A DNA stretch of 64,000 bases, from the NCBI RefSeq assembly GCF_006345805.1, contig NC_043006.1, positions 44,144,001-44,208,000 of the forward strand, in the 5' to 3' direction. The translations under genes were made by a program, and so were the position numbers. Position 1 is the first letter of the stretch, and each line of letters opens with the position of its first letter. The notes under the pieces were generated by a model. It worked only from the letters and a program-made list of their open reading frames with translations. It had not been told where the DNA came from and made no database searches. The stretch comes from Octopus sinensis. Its lineage: Eukaryota. This document shows positions 15,770-31,481 of this stretch, one piece after another.

Positions 15770-16000
15770 TCATCATCATCATTGTTCGACCGTGGTCGAG
15801 ACAATGGAATTTACCATGCCACGCCAGACTTCACGGTCCATCATGGCATTACGGAGGTCCTGTTGCTGGATGCCTGTATCCCTGGAGATTACATCAGGGT
15901 AGGAGAGTGTGCGCCCTCTGGTAGATGGCTTCCAGAGGAGAAGAGTAGAAATTACCTCTTTTTCAGCTCTACAACAATGTCCAGCAAACTGGACTCTCCT
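15770..16000 (-). mobile_element. RTE-clade LINE 3' fragment with (GAT)n tail, inserted in a SINE
   Basis: Encodes FAGHCCRAEKEVISTLLLWKPSTRGRTLSYPDVISRDTG...AMMDREVWR, a typical RTE ORF C-terminus, followed immediately by atgatgatga. Confidence 0.75.
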
Positions 16001-16822
16001 ACCTTTCACGTAGCAACCATGAGTACAACACTCTAACCACTAGGCTACACGCCTTCACACACATACACATGTATTTTTTTTTTTTTTGTACTTGTTTCAG
16101 TCATTTGACTGCGGCCATGCTGGAGCACCGCCTTTTATATGTATATATATATATATATATATACACCGCCTTATATATGTATATATATATATATGACTGT
16201 ATTTGTCTGTATATATGTGTATGTGTAGTGAGCATCCTCTGACATGTATATGGGTCTGCATATAGGCATTGTTACAAAGCATAGCACTCAAGGCACACTG
16301 AGTGCATCCTCAATGAGAAAACAATCTGGTCGGTCTTAAGATACAAGATCAACAAACAAAATATTGTGAAAATAAAAACACATACATCTTTGGTTTAATG
16401 AAACGTATAAAATGATTAAATGATAACACCAAATGCTTGCACATACACAATACACATGTATACTAATACACACCCATGCATGCATACATACATACATACA
16501 TGCAGATATACACAAATAGATACGTATAAATATGCACATACACACACATACATCTGTTTGTGTGTGTGTGTGTGTGTGTGTGCAAGTATGTATAATATTC
16601 ATCTATAGACACTCACATAACACAACCGTTTGTACATACATACACGAAATTATATGCATATATGTGCGTGCGTATATTTACATATGTGTGTGTACGCACA
16701 TGCACATAGACATAAGAATCTACACATATACATGTGCACACAAGAATCTATACATATATACATGTATGCGTACATACACACACACAAGAATCTATACATA
16801 TGTACATGTATGCGTGCACATA

Positions 16823-16858
<36 letters not shown>

Positions 16859-18398
16859 GCGGTTCCAGGATTAGATCTCAGACAAACCTCATCTGACTTT
16901 TAAGGCAGTGCCAAATTACAAACACAGGATGTATCTAACTAAAACCAAACTCTACCAAGCTTTCATTAAACCAAAATTCTACCCACCAAATTCTCTTTCA
17001 AAAAGTTGATCAGACAAGCATTTTATTTTCAAATATAGTCTATCCAAGCTATAAAAAATTTTAACAAGAAGCAATTATCCCGGTTACAAGATCTCACAAA
17101 ATCTAGCAATTCTTTAACTCGCTAAGAATTCAAATTATGTATGGGAAAAGAAACTAAATAAGGTTGTGAAGTGTGAATTATAGGTTTGATAATACAATAA
17201 TTTGCAGACAGTATTGTCATTTAACAAACATATCTTCTGTTCACTGTCATATCATGACTTAGCATCCCTAAAAAAAATCTTGAGTATAAAAGGAGAACTT
17301 CTCAATAGAGGAAGTAAATTTAAATTTTGTTTTCTTCTGAGAAGCTGTACAAACTGATTAGATAACAGTTAGCCCCTTAAGACTTCAGACTTCATATATA
17401 TATATATATACATATCCTTCATAGATGTTTTATGAGCCCCTAACCAAGACACTTAACCTGCTTTTATCTAGCAATAGTGCAGGCAAGGGTTGGGAAGGGA
17501 ATAAGAAAAACAACTGACAAGGAAAATAGAGAGACATGCAAGATCGGAAACTAAAATGCTTTACTATTGAGAGGAAGTAGAGAATATAGAAAGTCCTTAT
17601 TACAACAGAATAAAAGCTAGTCTGATATTATTTTATCTTGATCATCTATTAAGAGAAAATAGCGTTACAAAGTTAAATTAGTGTTAGGATATTAAATTCA
17701 GTGATTACTTAAGCAAATTAGAAACAATTATGCTGTGAGGAAAATATAATATTACTCAATGACAAATATTATTTTAATTATTCTCTCAAGTACCAAGAGA
17801 CAACTCTGAACATCCTTTGGTTTTTAAGGGAAGCATATACTTCACCATACTGGGCAAAATAATGATGAGAGAATCACTAAGTATATGTACAATGCTGTAC
17901 ACTAGTTGGTGCTGAAAATTGGTATATTTTAGAGAATATTCAAGATGCTCATCATCCTCATCCTCATCATTTAATGTCTGTTTTCCATTCTAGCATGGGT
18001 TGAACAATTTGGCAGGGGCTGGAAAGCCTGAAGACCACACCAAGTTCTGCTGTCTGCATAAGCATGGTTTCTATGGTCAGATGCCCTTTCCTACTTTTAA
18101 CAACTTTACAGAGTGGACTGGGCACTTTTTAACGTGGCACCAGCAACAGTGAGGTCACTAAGTAACTTGCAAGACTGAGGGTAGGGGTGGGGAGTAACAT
18201 TAAGGGAGGTAGCTTTGTACCAGGTGATGAGCGGGTAAAAAAAGAATAACAGAGTAACAGAGACAAGTGTCTTGCAGTAGAGGAGATACATGGCAACCTC
18301 AGTTGGAAAAGGAGAGACAGACAGAAGAAAATATATAACAAATAGTAACATCGATTTTGTGTAATAATATTTAGAGACATATTTTCAAAGAAAGTATT

Positions 18399-18476
<78 letters not shown>

Positions 18477-19326
18477 CATAAATAGTTGTGTTGAAAACTA
18501 AATTTTACAAAAGTTATGTATGACAGGAGATTTATCATGTCTCATAGCATAAATAAAGATTGACACTGATTAAATCACCAGTTTTGTATGGTATGAATCC
18601 CTCTTTATCATACAGCATTAACATGATGACACAAGAACACACCAAACATACAGTGCAACAGAAGTTAGATGAAAAACTAAAGCCACCTATGACAGAAAAG
18701 CTTTCAAATCAATGATAAAGTACCGTTAATAGCAGTGCAAAATATACTAATGATATTGTGAGGATGTCCTCTTAAATCTTGATATAAAATAATAATATTT
18801 ATGAGGTGATTTGATATGAATCTATAATTAAAATTTAAGAGAAAAATACGTTTCAAAAATCTTAAATTATAAATCATATGTCTTATTCAAAAATCTGGAA
18901 AGACTAAATGAACAAATCTGAGTTTTTAAAGATGTAGTAATATAAAATAAAACTTCAATATATGTTTATGTACATCTCCCTCCTTCCACCCCCTCTCCCC
19001 CCTCTCTCTATCTATCTATCTATCTGTCTATTTATCTATCTATCTCTCTCTCTTTTAGTTATTCTACTCTGAACATTATTAAAACAAATTACTCAAAATT
19101 ATCACAGCCTATTTCTAAGGCAAAGAAGATATTGCTGCAGTTAAGAAATTAAGTTACTAAACCACTTATCCAGATGTGTTAGACTCACATTCTTACAATG
19201 GAATTACTGTATTGTAAACTGAATAAAATTATATAACCAAGTATCAGTCTCACATCACAAAAGAATCCTGAATTCATACACTGCACATTCAATTTACAAA
19301 AATACCCCAGCTGTGGAAAGATGGTG

Positions 19327-19455
<129 letters not shown>

Positions 19456-20204
19456 ATATATACATACATACATACATACATACACATACACACACATGCA
19501 TACATGCATACATGCATACATACATACAAGTCATGGGTCAACTGCAGCCCATTTGGCCTTTTGAATGTTGCCCCTAATTTTATGAGGAAAAATTATGTTT
19601 ATTAAAATAATGATTCTTTCATTTTATTCTCACTTGTTCATTCATACTCTTTCTCACACAAAGAGGTTTGGAGAGGCTAGTGTCAAAAAGATATAATTAT
19701 TACATGCCTAACTAACCTCTTTTACTCATTAATGCCTGTTATGTTGTGGGGACACCAGTCATGAAATTGAAAATATTTGCAATTATCAGTCATCCATGTA
19801 ATTTTCAATGTGCCTCAGAGTCAATTTACAGCCATCCAAACATTTGAGAGCCTTAAACTGGCTTCTCTACTCAGGACACAACATCAACAAATGAAAATTA
19901 TTGATATAATGTTCAACTTCTGTTTCCACCACATATAACAACTTGTGAGAATTCAGCAACTGTACCTACAAGTGTGTATTGTATAGCATTGTCAAGCCTG
20001 ATTGACAACACTTTCCTTTTCAGAACGCAAGTGTGTAAAACTATACTACATGATATGCATGTGTGGTCACAATCACTGAACTATCACAAGTTGTTATAAG
20101 CAGTGGAAAGAGATATTAAATCAATAATTTTTTTTTTTTTAATTTTGATTTCTGATATCACAGCCTTATGGCTTCATCCACAAAAAAAAAAAAAAGACTT
20201 CTGA

Positions 20205-21915
20205 AGAAATGAGAAAATTCCAAGGAAAGTAGTCAAATGATTACTTCTTTGTTGAAGTAACAAAAAAAAAGAAGGAAAAAAAACAGATTAATGTGTTGAA
20301 TATGTTATAAATACATCACTGCTTTTAAAGAATTTAATGTTTAGCAGCATTACGTTTCAAACTATTTGCCTTATGATAAATTTAAAGGAGATATTAGATC
20401 ACAAAAATTGAAACCCCCAAGAAACAGAACAGTAAACTAAATACACTCTTTTGCTAAAAGGCAGGTAGAATTCACAGAAATTGTACATACAGGCAAAAAA
20501 GTTAACAAAAATGTTAAATTCAAAAAATTATTCTGATGGTTAATTTGTAAAAAGAAATGTCTTTTGGCAGTGACTGAAGTTTTATGTCTGGGTAACTTAA
20601 ATATGTTTGACATGATTAGCTTGCCTTACAAGACAATAAGACTGGTTGAAGATATTGCAACTGGTATCAAGGGTATGCTGTCAAAAAAAAAAAAAAATAA
20701 GAAACTTTGATTCTTTTTCACAGGTTATTGACAAAAGCACAGATATATCCAATTCAGCCCAACTGATAATGTTCATATGTGGCATTGATAAATCATTTAA
20801 CATCACTGAAGACTTATTTACTGTTCAGACAAAGGAAGACGCCATTACAGAATATAACATTTGTAAAGAAGTAACAATGAAGCTTAATCTCCCATTGGAA
20901 AGGCTCCTCGGAGAAGCAACAGACAGGACCCCAACAACAGTTGATAAGATAGGCTTTCCGTCCACATTAAAGGATAAATTAACTTCTTTGAATTTAGTAA
21001 ACAGTGACTTTGAAATAATTCATCAAGAAAATTCATGTGCAACGTTTGTAAAATTTGAAAATGCTATGAATGCAGTCATTTCAACCATAAGTTTTATAAA
21101 ATCTCAAGCACCAGTGTAAAGAGTCCTTAGAACTTGAATTGGAGTATATCAATCTGGTTTACTATTCTACATCTTATTGATTAAGTGAAGGAGAGATGCT
21201 TTATAGCTTCAGAGAAGAGGATGCACCATCTTAGAAATGAAAGATAAATTTGTTCCCAAGCTGAAGGATGATAACTGGATTTGTCTCCTTGCATTTCTTG
21301 TAGATATCGTTACCCTTTTTAATTATCTCAGTTTAAAATTGCAAAAACAAAATCAGCTGATACATGAGATGTATTCTCAAGTCAAAGCTTTTGAAACGAA
21401 ACCTCAGATTTGGGGAGAATTAACACAAAACTGGTGATAATTTCCATTTTCCCATACTAACCAATCACAGCAGATCTAGATAAAACATCTTCACTATGGA
21501 GTTAAATGAGCTGAAAAAAGAATTCAATACCAGATTTAAGGGCTTCAAAGCCAGAGAAGCTCATTTTAATCTTTTTGGAAATTTATTTAATGTTGATGTT
21601 GAAAAAAAAAATTAGCACAAAAGAAACTGCAAATGGAAATAATTGAGCTTGAGAAAAATGAACTTCTTCAGCAAAAATTTAAAGACGAATGTTTGTTGCA
21701 GTTCTATGGAACTCTTCCTGAAAAAAAACTACCCCAAAATGGTGTGCTTTGCTAAAGACATGTCATCATATTTGGCAGCAGATATAATGCGCTTAAGTCA
21801 AGATTGACAGATATTCATGTCAAAGACAATTTACAAGTTGCAACATTGCAAATATCTTTAAATATTGGAAAAGTTATATTTAAAAAACAAAAAAGTGCAA
21901 CGCTACAAGGTTTCT
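20205..21915 (+). pseudogene. Decayed hAT transposase (SPIN/Buster/GTF2IRD2-like)
   Basis: Fragments across frames: RKFQGK*SNDYFFVEV, KEFNV*QHY, FSQVIDKSTDISNSAQLIMFICGID, IIHQE, LAFLVDI, LQMEIIELE, IFGS, KSRLTD. Many stops and frameshifts. Confidence 0.85.
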
Positions 21916-24045
21916 AAGATTTATAAGTAATTTTTTTTTCTATTTACATCAATAATGAATGAATAATAAATGACGCTTCTAGTCTGTATTTTTTCAGGCA
22001 ATATTTTAACTGTTCTATGTGGTTCAGTCAGACTATTTTCTTCATTTGTGCTGCTCATTTTTTTTCACAGCATTTTCATCATTATGCCCCATCCAACTTG
22101 TCAGGCCATGTTAATTTGTTTTTCAATTTCTTTCTTTGCAGTTGGCTCCTTTTAATCAAGTTCCCCCCCACCAGCACCATACCTTGTAGCATTTTAAATC
22201 AGAGGCATTTTCGCTAAGGAACATCACACATGTAAACATCTTGTGCAAAGAACATTCATAATAATTATTTTCTCTGGAATTTTTTCTTTTAAAACAATTT
22301 TTGTTTTAGTTAAGTTTATTTGCCAACAGAATGTGGCAGTTCTATACAAGGACGATGTTACTATTGTTTAACTACACAAAAAATCTTTTCCAGCTGGCCA
22401 TCGACACACAGTCTGTGTCTATATATTATATGCAAGGGAGATCATTGCTCCCATCTCAAGTCTTCGTGATACTCACAGAGCTAGATTTCTGGGTTGTTTC
22501 CCGTCCTCGGTGCAAGACAATCACAGGCTGTATAGCCAAATTACTAAAGTGGTTTCAAATTTTAGTACAAGGCCAGCAATTTTGATCAAGGGGTTAAGTC
22601 ATTTACATTAACCCCAGTGAACCACTGGTACTTATTTTACTGGCCCTGAAAGGATGAAGGATAAAGTTGACCTTGGCAAAATTTGAACTCAAAATTTAAA
22701 AGACAGACGAAATGCCACCAAGCATTTTGCCTGACTTGCTAACAGATCTGCCAACTCGCTACATTAGCCAAATTAATAAATTAATAACAAATTTTACTAC
22801 TTTTCATGTAAACTATTACATTAACAATCTTTCAATTTAAAAGTGACCAATGAAATTATTTAATGGTCAGATTGTTAAATGTACATCTGTGATTTAAAAA
22901 AAAGTTTTGGTAAAATTTTGATCCATGGATTATGAAAATATTCAATTTTTTCTTCAATACATGGATCATACAGATATTCACATTTAACACACTGATTTTT
23001 CAAGTATTCACTGTTTGTTTGTTTTTTCTTTTAATAATTCCATAGTGTATTATGGCAGCAGTATTTGTTAATCATGCAGTCATCAGTACAATTACCAGGA
23101 TTGATTTTTTTTTAATTAAAGAAAAAAAGTCTTTTCTCTGAAGAAAGAAAAAAAAAATCAATTTTTTCCCACTTCTAAGACAGATGCTTATGTATATGAT
23201 CTGTAGTGAAAATGACCGAGTCGCCCTCAATGAAATTACCTTGAATTTTTTTTAGTAGTACAGCCTGCCATGCAGCACACCGCTCATAAAAGGTAGCCCA
23301 TACAAGAAACTTGCTATCACTTTAGGATCCTTAGGTATTGGATAAATCAACATACATCTCTCTTGAAAGATGGCAACATTTCTGTGCTGACATTTATGGC
23401 CTTGCTAATTTACAAATCTCCTTCGTGCCATAGCAAGGTGATGTATGAGAATTTGAGGTATGTTCTCATGGATTCAATCTAAAGCAGGAATATATGTGTT
23501 GGCTAAGCAGTTACTCTTCCATTCACACTGAATTATTTTGATCAAATAATGATTAGACTACTACACAATACTTAACCACAAAAAGAGAGATGAAAATAAC
23601 AGGAAGTGTAACTCATTAACCATAAACTTCCTCGTCTTATCATACTCAAGCTGTATTTAATGAGTAACTATAATGAGCAGTTGAGCAGTTCATAGTTCAA
23701 ATATGCTCATTATATCAACTGTGATCAAAATGAATTAAGAAATTTTGAAGCAGTAATCTTAATGCAATGATTACACAAGACAAGTGAAAAGAAGTGGGTC
23801 CCAAAGCTGGATAGTTATCTACTTGAAGATCTCGGAATACTTACTTTGCTGTAATAAAAGCATATCTCTAATCTTACTTAATAGTAATCTCTTTAGATTA
23901 CAATCTACTGAAGACCACTGCTAGCTCTATAATATGAAACCTTTCATTTTAAAGTAATCAGTTTGCCTATTTATCCTAATTAATTTTGAAAATAATCAAG
24001 AATTTGGAAGGATTGTATAAAACAATTTTCTTTTTCCATTATTAA

Positions 24046-24554
24046 CCCTTTAGCATTCAGATTATTCTAATATAATGCCTTATTTATTCATTGTTTTGAA
24101 TAACTCATGTATTTTGGTATTGAGATTTCGATGATATGCTTGTTTATTTTTAGAATAACATTGTATGTTGTTTGTTCCTTCTCGAGCCATGCCTGGCTCA
24201 TAAGGGCCAGCTTCCCGGTTTCATTGACGTATAGGTTCCCCACCTAGATAGGATGCCAGTCCATTTCAGATGAGCTGCTAGATGCAAAAGGAGAGAGTAA
24301 GAGAAAGTTGCGGCAAAAGGGTCAGCAGAAATTTGCCATTACCTTCTGCCGGAGTTGCATGGAGCTTAGGTGTTTCACTCATAAACATACACATCACCCG
24401 GTCTGAGGTTTGAAACTGCGATCCCTTGACCACCAGTCCGCTGCTCTAACAACAAGACCATTTATGGTAAGTGTGAAAGGCTGAATAGGGTCAGTCTGTA
24501 CATAAAACAAATGGAGTATTTGGGCCAGATATGGACAGTTTAAATGCTAAAGGG
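24046..24554. mobile_element. piggyBac-like MITE (TTAA TSD, TIR CCCTTTAGCATT) with a nested SINE
   Basis: Reads TTAA|CCCTTTAGCATTCA ... TAAATGCTAAAGGG|TTAA. A SINE-like insert occupies about 24165-24460. A related copy lies at about 43514-43762. Confidence 0.75.
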
Positions 24555-25831
24555 TTAAGCCAATGTTTGGAACAAAAAGTTCCTACATAAAATTATGATG
24601 AAAAGTTTTAATTATAAACACTTTGAAACAGGTAATTTCTATATCATGGAGGCAGAAGCAAATTTTAGGCAGGCTGATATCAAAAGGATTAAGTTGATAT
24701 CTCACATCATAATTTTGTATCAGATTCTATTAAGTAATATTTTAACCCTCACTGTGCTAATTAAATTTTTGCATGTAAACAAGGTGATGCAACAAACAAA
24801 TCAATTTTTGGCAACATCTTTCTATTGGCCAGAAGAAATAAAATGTGCATATCATGTCATATTAAATGTGAATAATTACAGAAAGTACCCCACTATTGAA
24901 AACAAGTTAACTTGGTTCCTGTGTCTTAAGCGCATAAGCATGAGCCAAGAATATTTGGTTCCTACACAGTAAGAGTTAAAGACTGACTTGATAAAGCATT
25001 GATAGTTATTTTACCAAATCCCTCCAAATTTTTGTATCGTCTAAATTTTTACTGAAATATAGAAGCAGTGTACTCTACAAGAAACATAGGCTAGCAAAGG
25101 TTTAAACATAAATAAGATATATTTTATTCCAAGATGGACTTAACCTTTTTCAAAGAGTCATCACATTTAGAAGACTGGGAACCATTGCCTTAGAGTTATT
25201 ATATAAATTAATGTAGGTTAATTGAGTGAAACATTATAAACCAGCAAACACTAGAAAAATGGAATTTCCATGTGTGAGGTTGAAGATGATCTGACAGTGG
25301 TTAACGTATAAAGAAGTTATTTTATTCATGTTTTAATTTCAGACATCATACTAGGATACTGCTATATTTAAGTTTTTTAAAGACAAGTTTGCAAACTCCA
25401 ATGTTGGGAAAATACCAACACTTTCCCCCATTCCTATTAGTTCAAAGGAGAGAAAAAATAGTTCATTGTTATTACCATCCTCTGTTGTGATGTTACTTCC
25501 TTTATAATTTACTACATAAACCTATTGATTTATGCTCTTTGGTCCTCTTAAACAAGCAGCAAAAGACAATTTTTGAAAACAGACCTAATACATAAACAAT
25601 ACTGAGAGTATTGTTTATTCATCAGAATTTTTTAAAGTATTTCCATTTGAAAAAGGTTATGTTTTGCTTATATACTGGTCTTTACTGACCAACACATATT
25701 CCAATTACATTCTGACATTTCAGAATGAAACACATGAACAGTAGCTATACAATTAGAAAGTCTATAGGGATATATCTTATCAAAGAAAAAGTGATACAAG
25801 AATAAAACTATAAATTTTCATTCATTCTTCA

Positions 25832-25891
<60 letters not shown>

Positions 25892-28800
25892 ACCACACAC
25901 ACACACAGTTCTCATCCTATAGACTCATTAAGTCGAAATATCCGCCATGGTCTTGAACTTCTGTTTGCAGGTTATCACTAATGTTTTCTTCCAATATCTA
26001 TTAATAGTGTCCTGTAGAGCAGTGTTTAAATATATTTGTGATAAAATCCCAATTCCCTTCCTCCTTTCATTTAAATTTCTTTCTGCTTGAGCAAATAAGA
26101 TCAGATGTACTCCATTATTACTGATAAACAACAGTACACAAGTCTAAATCAACACAAAGAGTAATTAGGAAACATTTTGGAGCAACAAAGGTGATCTACT
26201 TCATATGTGTAATGGGATTAGTAATAGCATTACAATAGAGAGTAATGGAATCAGTAATGGCATGACAATAGACATTCGTAATGTCTGTGAAAAGTTCAGA
26301 GGGTTTCTAGACAAGAGAACTTTCTCTTTGTATATAGAAATGATTCCATAAATCACATATAAAAGATATTAATTGGCAGTGAAATGAAATAAAGAGGTAC
26401 AGTAAAATTTAGACAGAAAGGTGTGCATGCATGTCATCATCGTCATCATCATCATTTAACATCCACTTTTCTATGCTTGCATGGTTCAGAAGGAATTTGT
26501 TGAGGTAGATTGGCAGATTTTTCTAAGGTTGAATGCCCTTCCTGCACCAAAACCTTTGTTTCTAAGCAAAATGATATTTCCCCATGACCAGATGACATGG
26601 TTTACATGCAAGACTGGAAACAAACAATATTGCATATTTGACAGTAATGCTTGTTTTTCAATCATCATGTGATATCAAAACAAAGGTACACACACACACA
26701 CAACAGCCTTCTTTCAGTTTCCATCTACCACAAGGCTTTGGTTGAGCAGGAGCTATAGTAGAAGGCACTAGCCCAACGTGGTGCACAGTGGAATTGAACC
26801 CAAGACCACATGGTTGGGAACCAAGTTTCTCAACCACACAGCTACAGTTGGGCCTAGCCACACCTACACATATTTAATGAACGACAAAGTTTTATGAGCT
26901 AAAAGCATTTCTTAAAGGCAACAGATTTTTTTTCAGAATAGAGGAAATTTAATAAATAGACATGCAAGTCAAAGGAAAGCTGAATGGACAAATATTGCAG
27001 CAACTAATGAAATGTTGGATTATAATTAAAAATAATAATAAATAAAATGTGATGACATGAAGTTTTGATTTGAGTAAAACATGAATAATTACAAAAGTTG
27101 ATAGTTGACAACTTATTTGAGAAGAGCAAATGGAACTAATTTGCTGTGCAGTTTTAACATTCTAACTTAAAACTTTAAAACTTGTTTATTAAATATCAAA
27201 TTCAAGTTATTAATGACAGCTTCAATCATATTGCTAGTTATAATAACATTTCATTTCATTTCATGGTCTCTTCTTATATAATATTCTAAAAATGGTTCTC
27301 ATTCATTTAACTGAAGCATCATTTAACTAGGAAATATGAAAAATTTAAGAGCTTCTAACAAATAATGGAGTCAAACAAAAAATAATATTTTCTAATTCAA
27401 ATACGTCTCTGAAATTTATTCACTTACAATTGTTATAAATGTTATTTATGTATAAAATATCTATAAACTTATTCAACAGAAATATGAAAACTAATTCAAA
27501 ATAATTACTTCAGGAATCAATAACGACTTCAACAAGCCAATTTAGAATACCCATTCATTTGATTAGGCAGGAAATGTCAATTAAGACAAGTCATCTGGTA
27601 TTAGCAGAGCCTTATTTCAATATTTTAGCAGGCTGCAGCTGTAACAAAGCAAATGTGATAATCACAATCACTTCTTCCCTAGAGCTATATGAGATGTTAC
27701 AAATACACATGTCCCCTTGCAACTGTAGCCTTGTTAATAAGCCATTTGATAGAGCAAATTGAATAAGGAACTGGAATAAAATATAGAGTGAATCAAAAAT
27801 TCCTATAGTCATGCCGCAGGCAGTCCTGAAAGATTTATCAATTATTAACTTTCATATCCAACTTGCAATAGTAAAAGCTTTTATAATTCATCCCCAACAC
27901 CCATTAAGCATTATTTCCAACATGTTATAAATGATAAGCAAATAACTTTAAACCAACAAAAAAAAGAGAGAGAGATGAATAGACACGCATATATATTTTC
28001 TTACATAAGTTTTGTTATTATATTATCATTATGTGTCTGAAACATTCACTGATCGACCAAAAAAATTTTTGTTTTTTTATTTGTTTCTCCCCAACCCCAC
28101 CCCCTTAACATCCACTTTTCTATGCTTGCATGGGTCAGACAGAATTTACTTGAGGTGGAGTGGAGTTTCTGCAGCTGAATGTCATTCCTATTGCAAAGCC
28201 TCAGATATTCCCAAGTAAGGTAATATTTCCCCCATGACCAGACATGTTTTCACAGAAGATTGGAAATGAAAACACCACTTATATGACAGTGACACTCATT
28301 TACAACTGTCATGCAATGTCAAGGCAAGGAGACACTAACACACACACACACATACATACAATGAACTTCTTTCAGTTTCTTATTTATTGCCTACTAGGGG
28401 CTACACACAGAGGAGACAAACAAGGACAGACAAATGGATTAATTTGATTATATCAACCCCAGTGCATAACTGGTACTTAATTTATCGACCCTGAAAGGAT
28501 GAAAGGCAAAGTCAACCTCAGGAGAATTTGAACTCAGAACATAACGGCAAACAAAATACTGCTAAGCATTTCGCCCATTGTGCTAATGTTTCTGCCAGCT
28601 CGCCGACTTCTTTCAGTTTCTGCCTACCAAATTACTCACAAGGCTTTGATCCACTTGCGGGTACAGTAGAAGATAGTTACCCAAGATGCTACACAGTAGG
28701 ACTGAACCTAAGACCAAGCGATTGGGAGGCAAACTTTTTATCATGCAGCCATGCCAGTGCTATGCTATATATCAACCAAATATAATAAAATTCCAAGATT

Positions 28801-30189
28801 CAAAAAACAACAAAATAACTTTCTCCTAGTTTACAGTTCACAAAGCATAACTTGAAGAAAACCAAAAAACTGTGAAATTTAAAAGGAAGGCAGATAACCA
28901 ACAATAAGCAGTAAATGTTTAATCATTTAAATTATAAATATTTATCAAAATTGTATTGATTTGCAATTCAGACAATCAGAAAGTGGCTAAAACAAATAGG
29001 GCAACAATAAAATATGCTAATATACATTTACATGACTCATGTAAGTAGTTTCTGTAAACAAGTGAAGCATTCTCTTGCTGATTTAAGAAATATTCAATGT
29101 TCAATTTCTGCATGTCATTTGCATATAAAATTCAAAACAGTACACATCTGTTATTCTCAACAGACAGCAACTAACCTACTTGTCTTAAGCACATTACATG
29201 ATTAATTAAAACTACAAGGATTTTGTTTGGCGTTTGTTCACATTTTTCCCCTTGAAATATTTTAGAGTGACTTCCAAGTTTAAAAAAAAAAAAACCCAGA
29301 AGATAAAAATGGAAATAAGAAGAAAAAAAATTCAAATGTTTTGAAAAGAATTCTAGCATTACGAAGTACAAATGGTTAATAAATACTTGGAAAAAAGCAG
29401 AAACGAGTATTTTGAAAATTATCATTTTAATGTCCATTTTTCCATGCTTGCATTAGTCAGACAGAGTTTATTGAGATTTATGATGGCCAGATGCCCTTCC
29501 TGCTGCCAACACCAACCTGTTCTCAAGCAAAGTAACATTTTCCTCAAGGTCAGATACATTCTCATAGTATATCGGAAATGAATGACATTGTTGTGTGACT
29601 GACAATAATTTTACAGCTATCACACAGTGTCAAGACAATGAAACCACAAACATACCACACACACACATGTCAAGGAGCATCATGTGTGTGCGTGCACACA
29701 CACACACACACACACAAACACAACAAGCTTTCAGTTTCTGTTTAACAAATCCAATCACAAGGCTTTGGTCAGCCCGGGGCCACAATAAAAGACACTTGGC
29801 CAAGGTACCACACAGCAGGATTGAACTCAAAACCATACAGCTGGGAAGCAAACTCCTTTACCACGCAACCATGCTCATGCTTATAAACACCAGTTCAGAA
29901 ACTTGTAACAACTGGAAGAAAGGAGTCAAAACTAAGTTGTCAAAAAAGAAAAAAAACAAAATAGTTATTTTGTTTTAACTTCCAACAAAAAGAGATCAAA
30001 TATTTCAAAACACATCTCAGAAATCAAGGATGGCTTGATATTAATTCTCCATGGTATGCTTTCTCTGACTATATTAACATAATTACTTCCAATGCAAAAA
30101 ATATCTATTTTACAGGCAATGAACGAAACTTCTAAAACACTGACATTACAGGAAATGTGACAGTCAACATATTTCAACAGGATATATAC

Positions 30190-30249
30190 ATATATACTTA
30201 CACACACACATCCATATATATCATACATACAAACACATAAATATTTATA

Positions 30250-30306
<57 letters not shown>

Positions 30307-30770
30307 CATATACATAAATACACATACATATATATATACACACACACACACATATATATATACACACACATATACATACATATATATACATAAAAATTTA
30401 CATACATACATATATACACACATATATATACATATATACACATAAATATACATATATACACACATATATATATATACATATAAATATACATATATACACA
30501 CACATATATATATATACATATAAATATACATATATACACACATACATATATATACATATATACACACATACATAAATATATACATATATACACACACATA
30601 CATAAATATATACATATATACACATATACACACATACATATACATACACACATATATACATATATATATATACATGCAAATATATCCATATTCACACAGA
30701 CATATACACATACAAATATACACAGATAAATAAATATAGATATAAACACACACACACATTCACTACATGT
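30190..30770. repeat. Compound (TA)n/(CA)n microsatellite expansion
   Basis: About 580 bp of TA/CA units; source of the spurious 264-aa and 227-aa ORFs. Similar tracts at about 300-390, 1225-1400, 16440-16860, 18400-18470, 19330-19530 and 42150-42240. Confidence 0.95.
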
Positions 30771-31481
30771 GTAACACAGAAACATCAGATTTGTTAGAAA
30801 AGAGAAACAGAAAGTTGAGACATTGCTGGTTTTTCCCACAGGTATTAAAGAATGTACAGGAAAGAATTCCAAATTTGACAAGAAATTTACTTGTTAAATT
30901 ATTCATCAATAACTAAGCACCACAACAAATAAGAGCAATGGCAACACACAGAGAGGTTGTCTCTACATGGTCGGTCAGCCTGATAAATATAGCAGCCAAA
31001 TAAATTCCCCCTCAAATCTCACACCATCTTAAAAATGGAAGGACATACAAGGTCATGATAGTCATAAAGACAATCATCATCATCATTTAAAGCCCGTTGT
31101 CCATGTTGGAATGGGTTGGATGGTGTGACCAGAACTGGAAAGTCAGGGGGATGCACCAGACTCCAGTCTGATTTGGCATGGTCTCTACAGATGGATGCCC
31201 TTCCTAACACCAACCACTTTACAGAATGTGCTGGGTGCTTTTACGTGGCCCCACATAGGCGTTTTTACATGGTGCCACACAGGTGTTTTTACACGGTACT
31301 GCACAGGTGCTTTTATGTGATACTACACTGGTGCTTTTACATGGGACAGTGATGAGTGCTTTACACAACCAGAAGCATTGACCTTAAAACTGCCACTGGG
31401 GGTACAGGTCTTCTTAAGTACAGCCAGGCACCAGGTGTGAATAATAAGTGGGCTGGTCAGTTCTTCACATATGAACGCACA

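Noticed and set aside
23220-23500. Unique, more GC-balanced block with a TGACATTTATGG motif (possible enhancer or ancient SINE core)
   Set aside because: Conservation cannot be shown from one sequence, and a single motif is expected by chance.
25928-26131. Minus-strand ORF and acceptor-like sites suggesting a nested gene or extra kinase exon
   Set aside because: No similarity to the kinase or any family I recognise, and no consistent exon boundaries.
29965-30881. Long ORFs of 264 aa and 227 aa, and similar Y/I/C/V/H/T-rich ORFs at 256, 1003, 16336-16903, 19289 and 42088
   Set aside because: They are translations of (TA)n/(CA)n microsatellites. The 1003-1530 ORF is also antisense to a real kinase exon.
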